A DNA stretch of 64,000 bases, from contig QZJG01000060.1 of NCBI GenBank assembly GCA_003599275.1, positions 24,854-88,853 of the forward strand. Reading direction: 5' to 3'. The notes under the pieces were generated by a model. The model saw only the letters and a list, made by a program, of their open reading frames with translations. It was not told where the DNA came from and ran no database searches. Origin of the DNA: Nitrospiraceae bacterium. Lineage in GTDB: Bacteria; Nitrospirota; Thermodesulfovibrionia; UBA6902. The number at the start of each line of letters is the position of its first letter. Position 1 is the first letter of the stretch. Positions 57,402 to 64,000 of the stretch are shown piece after piece. The position numbers and the translations under genes are program-made.

Positions 57402-57977
57402 ATGGAAAAAATCCTCATCATTGACGACGACAGTGAGATGCAGTCAGTCCTTTCGGACATCCTGAAATCGGAAGGATACGAACCTCTCGTTTCAGGCGAC
57501 GGAAGGAAGGCCCTCAGGTATATCACGGACCTTTCCCCTGCCCTTGTTCTGCTGGATATAAGACTTCCCGGCATGGACGGTATGAAGGTGTTAGAGAAAA
57601 TCAGGCAGACGGACAAGAGACTTATCGTAATCATGCTCACCGGATACGGGGACATCAAGGACGCGGTCCAGGCGATAAAGATGGGCGCGTTCGACTATAT
57701 CACAAAGCCCTTCAGGAACCAGGAGATAGTATCGACCGTAAGAGACGCCCTTCTGGCCCGGCTCAGTTGTGACGCCCACGCGGTTACGCCACGGGAGAAA
57801 GAGGTGCTTGCATGGCTCAAGGAGGGGAAAAGCTCACGGGACATTTCTTTGATCCTTGGTATCAGCGACAGGACAGTAAATTTTCATATCAATAATGTCA
57901 TGCATAAACTTAACGCGGTAAGCAGGATGCATGCTGTAGCCATAGCGGTCGAAAAGGCAATAATAGATACGAGATAA
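57402..57977 (+). CDS. Response regulator, REC + LuxR-type HTH
   Basis: IIDDD, LLDIRLPGMDG, GAFDYITKPF; TPREKEVLAWLKEGKSS.DIS.ILGISDRTVNFH. Confidence 0.9.
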   Translation: MEKILIIDDDSEMQSVLSDILKSEGYEPLVSGDGRKALRYITDLSPALVLLDIRLPGMDGMKVLEKIRQTDKRLIVIMLTGYGDIKDAVQAIKMGAFDYITKPFRNQEIVSTVRDALLARLSCDAHAVTPREKEVLAWLKEGKSSRDISLILGISDRTVNFHINNVMHKLNAVSRMHAVAIAVEKAIIDTR

Positions 57978-57985
57978 AACAGGGG

Positions 57986-59236
57986 TCAAACAAGCAGGAC
58001 CTGAAGCACCTGATCGATCCTCTTCAAATTTCCCAGGACCTTTTCGCAAGCATCGCGCCCGACTTTGTGCGCCCTCGTCAGGGCAACAAATCCTGCAAGT
58101 CTGCTTTCGATTTCATCAACGGCCCCTTTTACATCGAGATCGTCGTTCATTTTCCGCTCAAATGCATTTGTAAGCTTATCGGGCGTCGCGGTTGTATCTG
58201 CTCCGCCTTTGGTCTTCCGGCAATTGCGGATCTCCTGCGTCATACTTCTGATCGAATCGATCCGTCCGGCGGCTTCCCTCAACCTGTCTCCGGTAAGGTC
58301 CAGTTTTTTCCTGTAGTGCTCCCGGACAAGGAAAAAGCGGACATGTTCAGCGCTAAACCCCTGCTTCAAAAGCTCCTGGAGATAGACTATATTGCCCTTG
58401 CTTTTGGACATCTTCGCGCCGTTGACGATCACATGCTCGCCGTGGAGCCAGTAGTGGGCAAACTCCCTTCCAAGGAGCGAGTCCATAATCGCCAGGGTAT
58501 AGTCATGGTGCCGGTAAAGATTGTCCACGCCCCCGCAGCAGATATCGATTTCGCAGCCGAGGTGTTTGGTGATCATGGCCGCGTCCTGGATGTTCCATGC
58601 TGGCCTGCCCCGACCAATGGCCGTGTCCCATGAAAAGCCTTCATTTCCCCTGCTCTTATCGTCGTGCCACAGAATGAAATCTCCCAGGTTCCAGCGCATG
58701 CCGGTGTAGGTGTCTCTCCGAAAGCGTCTTTTCTCTTTGGGCCAGCGGCCCATATCGAGGCCGAAGAGCCTGCCGAAGCCCTTGAATTTCAGGGGATCAA
58801 AGAATACATCGCCTTTATGCCTGTAAGCGTAACCCTTCTCTATCAGGCGTTCGATGAGATGGACCGCCTGGTCTACGCTTGTGGAAGATCTGGCGATATG
58901 CGGCGGAAGTTTTATTTTTAATGCTGCGGCATCAGTCATAAATTGTTCGGCATTGGGGGTGATAAGTTTTTCACGGGTCAGATTCTTTTCCCGTGCTTTG
59001 ACGATGGCCTTGTCCTCGACGTCGGTAAAATTGATAAGGCGCTGGACGTTGTATCCCAGATATTCCAGGTAACGCTGCAGGACGTCTTCGTAAAGGAAAG
59101 AACGGTAGTTTCCCACGTGGGGTCTTGCATAGATGGAAGGGCCGCATGTAAACATCTTTACCTCTTTGTCCCTGCGCGGCTTAAAGAGCTCTTTTTTTCC
59201 GGTAAGAGTGTTATAAAGATAAAGACTGTTTCTCAA
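57986..59236 (-). CDS. Cysteinyl-tRNA synthetase-like protein with altered active site and no anticodon-binding domain
   Basis: YNTLT..KE.F, CGPSIY, PHVGN, TDVEDK, DFILW and KMSKSKGN are present. GRPGWHIECSAM is replaced by GRPAWNIQDAAM and PHHENE by RHHDYT. The protein ends after the DALR helices (416 aa). Confidence 0.8.
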   Translation of the reverse strand: MRNSLYLYNTLTGKKELFKPRRDKEVKMFTCGPSIYARPHVGNYRSFLYEDVLQRYLEYLGYNVQRLINFTDVEDKAIVKAREKNLTREKLITPNAEQFMTDAAALKIKLPPHIARSSTSVDQAVHLIERLIEKGYAYRHKGDVFFDPLKFKGFGRLFGLDMGRWPKEKRRFRRDTYTGMRWNLGDFILWHDDKSRGNEGFSWDTAIGRGRPAWNIQDAAMITKHLGCEIDICCGGVDNLYRHHDYTLAIMDSLLGREFAHYWLHGEHVIVNGAKMSKSKGNIVYLQELLKQGFSAEHVRFFLVREHYRKKLDLTGDRLREAAGRIDSIRSMTQEIRNCRKTKGGADTTATPDKLTNAFERKMNDDLDVKGAVDEIESRLAGFVALTRAHKVGRDACEKVLGNLKRIDQVLQVLLV

Positions 59237-60048
59237 GCGCGCCTCCTGTTCATATAAATAAGATATTCCACATTCCCTTTGGGTCCTTTGATCGGGGACG
59301 GGGTCAGCCCCCTGACTTCAAGCCCCATTTCCTCCGATCCGCTCTTTATTGCTTCAACGACCTCAAGACGTTTGTCTTCGTCTCTGACCACTCCTTTGCC
59401 CACGTCTTTTTTCCCGACTTCAAACTGTGGCTTGATGAGGGCGATTATTTCGCCCTGCGGCGCGAGGAATTCCAGGACCTTAGGGAGGACCTTCAGGAGC
59501 GAAATGAATGATACGTCAATTGTTGCAAAATCAATGTTGCGATTGAGTAAGTCTTTTAATTTTTCAACTCTTGACTCCTGACTCTTGACTCCTGACTTTT
59601 CTTCTGCCCTCTGCCCCCCAATAATTTCCTCAAGATAACGTATATTCGTTTTCTCTAACAAAATAACGCGCGGGTCGTTTCTCAGACGCCAGTCCAATTG
59701 ACCGTAGCCGACGTCGATTGCGTAAACTTTTTTCGCACCGCGCTGCAGGAGGCAGTCAGTGAAGCCGCCCGTTGAAGCTCCGACGTCCATAGCGATTTTG
59801 TCTTTAACATCTATATCGAAAGTATTCAGCGCATGTTCAAGCTTGAGTCCGCCCCGGCTGACAAAGGGCATTTTGTTTTCTATTGCCAATGTATTGTCGG
59901 GGGCCATCAGCGCGCCTGCCTTGTCGGCAACAATCCCGTTTACAAGGACATTGCCTTCCATTATCAGGGCCTTTGCCTTTTCCCTGCTTTCGACAAGACC
60001 TTTGTCGAAGAGCAGTTTGTCGAGACGGATTTTTTTCACGGAAGACAT
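59233..60048 (-). CDS. tlyA: TlyA-family rRNA methyltransferase
   Basis: S4 domain RLDKLL..KGL.ESREKA, FVSRGGLKL, DVGASTGGFTDCLLQ, DVSFISL, LIKPQFE, GPKGNVEY. Confidence 0.93.
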   Translation of the reverse strand: MSSVKKIRLDKLLFDKGLVESREKAKALIMEGNVLVNGIVADKAGALMAPDNTLAIENKMPFVSRGGLKLEHALNTFDIDVKDKIAMDVGASTGGFTDCLLQRGAKKVYAIDVGYGQLDWRLRNDPRVILLEKTNIRYLEEIIGGQRAEEKSGVKSQESRVEKLKDLLNRNIDFATIDVSFISLLKVLPKVLEFLAPQGEIIALIKPQFEVGKKDVGKGVVRDEDKRLEVVEAIKSGSEEMGLEVRGLTPSPIKGPKGNVEYLIYMNRRRA

Positions 60049-60105
60049 AGAGACATTATAATTGCATAAAACGCGAATATAAAGGGGGACGTCCGGAGCT
60101 CCTGT

Positions 60106-62034
60106 TTATCTGCGGAAATCTGCGTAATCCGTGGATTTCTTCATCAGCGCCGTCGCTTCTCTTGCGATACCTTCTGCGTCGATCCCGAGTTTTTTTCTCA
60201 GCAGATTTTGCGGCCCCTGTTCTATGAACCTGTCGGGAAGACCCAGGAGTTTTATTTTCAATCCTTCAATGCCTGATTGAGCAAGCTCTTCCAGCACTGC
60301 GCTCCCGAAGCCGCCTGAGACGGTATTTTCTTCAACAGTAAGAACGCATTTGGTATTTCCTGCGAGGCGGAAAATCAATTCCGTATCCAACGGTTTTACA
60401 AAACGCGCATTGACCACGCAGGCGTTGAGGCCCGCATCTGCAAGAAGCTGAGCGGCATTGACAGCGGGGGCGACCGTATTCCCGATCGCGATGATGAGTA
60501 TGTCGTCGCCTTCTCTCATGACCTCAGCCTTTCCTGCGGGGATGTTTTCCAATTCAACGTTCTCCGGACTTTCAATTGCCGTTCCCCTCGGATATCTTAT
60601 CGCGGAGGCGCCGTCAAGGGACAGCGCTGTTTTCAGCATACACTTGAGCTCATGACCGTCTTTCGGGGCCATGACGGTCAGATTCGGAATGTGTCTGAGG
60701 TAAGACAGGTCGAAGGTCCCGTTGTGCGTAGGACCGTCGTCGCCGACTATTCCGCTCCTGTCGATTGCGAACACAACCGGTAAATTTTGCAGGCATACGT
60801 CATGGATGATTTCATCATAAGACCTCTGCAGAAAGGTGGAATAAATGGCCACGACGGGTCTCAGTCCACGGGCGGCGAGTCCCGCCGCGAAGGTGACCGC
60901 ATGAGGCTCGGCTATGCCTACGTCATAAAATCTCTTCGGGAAATTATTTACAAATTCCGTAAGCCCGGTGCCCTCGGTCATTGCAGCGGTTATGGCGACA
61001 ATACGCCTGTCCTCTCTTGCAAGCTTCGCAAGACAGTTCCCGAAAATTTCGCTGTATGATTTTTTGCCTGAGGAATGCTGCTCGCCTGTTTCTATATCGA
61101 AAGGCCCGACGCCGTGAAATATCCCCGGGCTTTTCTCTGCCGGTGCATATCCTTTCCCTTTTCTGGTAATGGTATGTATCAAAACCGGTCCGGGGAACTC
61201 CCTGAAAGTTTTAAGGGTCTCTATAAGTGAATCTATCCTGTGGCCGTCTACGGGACCGACATATTCAAACCCGAGCTCTTCAAATAAAAGCCCCGGGACA
61301 ATGAGGCCCTTTACCGTGTCTTCCGCCTTTTGCGCGATCTTGAGGACCGGCTCGCCGAAAGTCGGTATACGCCCAAGCAGGGATTTTGTTTCTTTTTTAA
61401 ATTTCGTATACAGGTCGCCCATCATTATCCTGCGGAGGTACGCGGAGAGCGCCCCTACATTGGGAGAGATCGACATCTCGTTATCATTGAGTATCACGAT
61501 CAGGTCTTTCTTTAAATGTCCTGCGTGGTTTAATCCCTCAAACGCAAGCCCTGCGGTCATGGCGCCGTCGCCGATTACGGCTATTACCTTATTAGCGGGC
61601 AGGTGTGGGGTGTCAGGGGTTTGCGGTTTGAGATTTCTGATAATATCTCTTGCTTCGAGTATCCCGAGCGCGGCAGATATTGAAGTGGAACTGTGGCCGG
61701 TGCCGAAGGCGTCATGCGGGCTCTCCGTTATTTTGGGAAAGCCTGAAATACCGCCATACTGCCTGATGGTCGGGAATGCTTTTAATCTTCCGGTCAAAAG
61801 TTTGTGCGCGTAAGACTGGTGCCCCACATCCCAGATTATTTTGTCATCGGGGGAATTGAAGACATAATGCAGCGCGACAGTGAGGTCCACGGTCCCGAGG
61901 TTCGATGCGAGATGTCCGCCGTTGGTCGCAACCGTCCCGATTATTAAATCCCTCAATTCCTCTGCAAGGTCTTTCAGTTCAGCAATTGAAAGACCTTTGA
62001 GGTCCTGGGGTGAATTTATTTTTTCTATAAACAT
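60106..62034 (-). CDS. dxs: 1-deoxy-D-xylulose-5-phosphate synthase
   Basis: GGHLASNLG, WDVGHQSY.HK, GHSSTSIS, GDGAMTAG, NDNEMSIS, DVGIAEPHA, DGPTH. Confidence 0.97.
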   Translation of the reverse strand: MFIEKINSPQDLKGLSIAELKDLAEELRDLIIGTVATNGGHLASNLGTVDLTVALHYVFNSPDDKIIWDVGHQSYAHKLLTGRLKAFPTIRQYGGISGFPKITESPHDAFGTGHSSTSISAALGILEARDIIRNLKPQTPDTPHLPANKVIAVIGDGAMTAGLAFEGLNHAGHLKKDLIVILNDNEMSISPNVGALSAYLRRIMMGDLYTKFKKETKSLLGRIPTFGEPVLKIAQKAEDTVKGLIVPGLLFEELGFEYVGPVDGHRIDSLIETLKTFREFPGPVLIHTITRKGKGYAPAEKSPGIFHGVGPFDIETGEQHSSGKKSYSEIFGNCLAKLAREDRRIVAITAAMTEGTGLTEFVNNFPKRFYDVGIAEPHAVTFAAGLAARGLRPVVAIYSTFLQRSYDEIIHDVCLQNLPVVFAIDRSGIVGDDGPTHNGTFDLSYLRHIPNLTVMAPKDGHELKCMLKTALSLDGASAIRYPRGTAIESPENVELENIPAGKAEVMREGDDILIIAIGNTVAPAVNAAQLLADAGLNACVVNARFVKPLDTELIFRLAGNTKCVLTVEENTVSGGFGSAVLEELAQSGIEGLKIKLLGLPDRFIEQGPQNLLRKKLGIDAEGIAREATALMKKSTDYADFRR

Positions 62035-62043
62035 GGGTAACCT

Positions 62044-62931
62044 CTAATTCCGTCTCAATAGAATATATTTAGCGATCTCCCTTAATGGATCGGCCTTTGC
62101 GCTGAATTCTTTCAGGGCATTCAGCGACTCATGTATAAGCTGTTCCGCTATTTTCTCTGATTTTTTCAGTCCTAATGCTGAAGGGTATGTATTTTTCCCT
62201 CTTGCGGTGTCCGCGCCTGTTGATTTCCCCATCTCTTCTTTTGTGCCTGTTATATCAAGAATATCATCAATAATCTGGAATGCAAGACCGGTTTTCTCGC
62301 CGTATTCCGTCAGCGAACCGAGCTTGTCGGGGGCAGGGCCTGCCATGATCGCGCCGGTCCGGACAGCTCCCCGTATGAGTGCACCTGTCTTGTGTGTATG
62401 GATATAAACAATGTCCTTCTTTTTCGCCTTTTTCCCCTCAAGTATGATATCTGCCGTCTGGCCTCCAACCATGCCTTCAGGACCGCCTGCGTGTGCGAGT
62501 TCACGGATTACCTGCAGGAGTCTTGCCGGGTTTGCGTTCGTATTGGAAATTAAATTAAAGGCATCGGTGAGCAGGGCATCGCCGGCAAGTATCGCGAGGG
62601 CCTCTCCGAAGACTTTGTGGTTTGTCGGTTTATTTCTCCTGAAATCATCATTGTCCATTGCAGGAAGATCATCATGTATTAATGAATAGGTATGGACCAG
62701 TTCAAGAGATGCGGCAACAGGCAGAATGCCGTCTGATTTGCCTCCTGCCGCCTCATAGGCTGCAATGCACAGGACAGGTCTGACCCTCTTCCCGCCGGCC
62801 ATTAATGAATACCCCATTGCTTCACTTAACTGTCGGGGGCAGTCCTTCTGTTTTTTCTTGCCTGCAATATAGTCTTTAAGAAAACTGTCTATCGTTTTTC
62901 TTTTATCTTCGAGATAATCGCTTAGATTCAT
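62044..62931 (-). CDS. ispA: Polyprenyl (farnesyl) diphosphate synthase
   Basis: GGKRVRP, SLIHDDLPAMDNDDFRR, HKTGAL, GLAFQIIDDILD. Start set at ATG 62931. Confidence 0.93.
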   Translation of the reverse strand: MNLSDYLEDKRKTIDSFLKDYIAGKKKQKDCPRQLSEAMGYSLMAGGKRVRPVLCIAAYEAAGGKSDGILPVAASLELVHTYSLIHDDLPAMDNDDFRRNKPTNHKVFGEALAILAGDALLTDAFNLISNTNANPARLLQVIRELAHAGGPEGMVGGQTADIILEGKKAKKKDIVYIHTHKTGALIRGAVRTGAIMAGPAPDKLGSLTEYGEKTGLAFQIIDDILDITGTKEEMGKSTGADTARGKNTYPSALGLKKSEKIAEQLIHESLNALKEFSAKADPLREIAKYILLRRN

Positions 62932-63026
62932 AGTGGATTTTATTTGTTCCGGTCCCAAAATTGCAAATTACATTCAACAGGCTTTGCGAGGATATAGTAT
63001 ACAAAATAATTCCTGTTTTGAGACAA

Positions 63027-63803
63027 TCAGGGAATCGGGGGATTTTTCCGGGGACCGAGGAGCCCGTCAAAGAGGGCGGTAAGCCTGGTTACTTCATCCG
63101 ATATGATATTTATAAACTCTTTCCGCTCTTCTGCGGAGACTTCTTCTCCCCTGAGGTAATAAGCGGCCCCGGTGATCGAGTTCAGAGGGGTCCTGAGCTC
63201 GTGAGACATTGCAGCAACAAATTCGCTCTTTGCCCTGTCGCTTTCAATGATTGCCCTGTTTTTTTCATCCAGTTCACAGGTCTTTGAAAGCAATTCGGCG
63301 GTCAGGCGTGCATATTCCAGAGACAAAGCCGTCTGGCTTGAGAGGATCTCGAGCAATTCGAAGTCGTCTTCCGAGAAGGGGCCGCCGTCTGTTTTATCGG
63401 ATACGTTTATAACGCCAAGCAGTCTCTCCTTCATCAGGACAGGACAGCTTATGAATGAACCGGTTTTATATCTGTTATTTTTTCTGCTTTTGATCTCCTC
63501 GTCACGGGCTATGTCTTTTACCAGCATGGGGAGTCTCTCTTTTGCGACCCTTCCGCATATTTTCTCTCCCATCCGTATCCTGATGGAAGGAATTATCCCG
63601 TAATCTATCCCTCTGGCGGCTTTTATGACGAGATGTCCTTTCTGATCCAGCAACATGACCGAGCCACGCCGGGCCTTCGTATAAACGAGGGAGAGATCGA
63701 GGACGAGGTTTGTCAGTGAGTCTGCGTTATCAGCAGAGGTAATGGAGCCGGCTATCTCTTTTATAATAGCGGCCTTTGATCCGGGTGAATATTTTTTTTT
63801 CAT
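63027..63803 (-). CDS. GAF + HisKA protein lacking the HATPase domain (possibly truncated kinase)
   Basis: GAF (GSVMLL, SFISCPV, GVINVSDK, PFSEDD.ELL), then MSHELRTPLNSI; stop soon after the HisKA helices. Confidence 0.7.
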   Translation of the reverse strand: MKKKYSPGSKAAIIKEIAGSITSADNADSLTNLVLDLSLVYTKARRGSVMLLDQKGHLVIKAARGIDYGIIPSIRIRMGEKICGRVAKERLPMLVKDIARDEEIKSRKNNRYKTGSFISCPVLMKERLLGVINVSDKTDGGPFSEDDFELLEILSSQTALSLEYARLTAELLSKTCELDEKNRAIIESDRAKSEFVAAMSHELRTPLNSITGAAYYLRGEEVSAEERKEFINIISDEVTRLTALFDGLLGPRKNPPIP

Positions 63804-63831
63804 ATTAACACGTCAATAAAGCCTCATAGCC

Positions 63832-63940
63832 GTCATTCCGGGCCTGTCGGAACGACTCGTGCCGAGACCCCGAATCCAGTGTTTCCTTGAAGGTTTCTTG
63901 ATTCCTGCCCTCGAATGTTGTAGTCGGGGGCGGGGATGAC
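63832..63940. repeat. Palindromic element GTCATTCCGGGC...CCCGAATCC...GATTCCTGC...GCGGGGATGAC
   Basis: Degenerate member of the GTCATT/AATGAC family with inserted internal hairpins. Confidence 0.7.
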
Positions 63941-64000
63941 GAACAAGGTGTCTTTCAAAATGTAGTTCGTAATATATTGGTTGTTTTGTAATACCTGAAA

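Noticed and set aside
62932-63026. xseB expected upstream of ispA-dxs-tlyA
   Set aside because: There is no room or homology here, but its absence from this spot is a simple synteny break and not evidence of anything novel.
221-63603. The many overlapping alternative-frame and antisense ORFs in the track (e.g. 551-967, 12614-13120, 22486-23115, 39805-40692, 47973-48623, 58067-58633, 61169-61813)
   Set aside because: They shadow well-supported genes, have no recognisable motifs, and are expected in DNA of this composition.
1-64000. tRNA, rRNA, integrase or transposase genes
   Set aside because: No cloverleaf, rRNA-like or recombinase/transposase motifs were recognised by eye; tRNAscan and Rfam searches were not run.

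Overview
Bacterial chromosomal window, probably from a Nitrospirota/Thermodesulfovibrionia-like or deltaproteobacterial organism (inferred from protein style, not searched). From left to right: (1) A minus-strand type I-C-like CRISPR-Cas operon cut by the window edge inside cas1; no array or cas2 is visible. Its order is non-canonical (cas5-cas8c-cas7-cas3-cas4-cas1), a broken second cas3 sits upstream, and three phage-type DNA-binding genes (ORF6N, Bro-N, RhuM) are interleaved. (2) Housekeeping genes larC, larB, gpsA, glnS, gltX, tilS, lysA, dapF, yacG, dapB and polX. (3) Two sigma54 two-component systems and a secreted mosaic protein with a sigma54 promoter. (4) hrcA-grpE-dnaK-dnaJ with a CIRCE element, a UbiA-family gene and lptFG. 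(5) A signalling island with MEDS/PAS kinases, two TonB-dependent receptors, YfiR and a periplasmic binding protein. (6) An unannotated 33-aa geopeptide-like precursor with its radical SAM/SPASM maturase, a half-size MFS and a REC-LuxR regulator. (7) A CysRS paralogue with a remodelled active site and no anticodon domain, then tlyA, dxs and ispA. The window also carries many small palindromic elements (GTCATT...AATGAC) and 7-nt tandem repeats, several inserted in frame in housekeeping genes. Best candidates for new biology: a putative RiPP-based trans-envelope signalling circuit (50.4-58.0 kb), the CysRS paralogue, and the apparently swapped I-C interference module.
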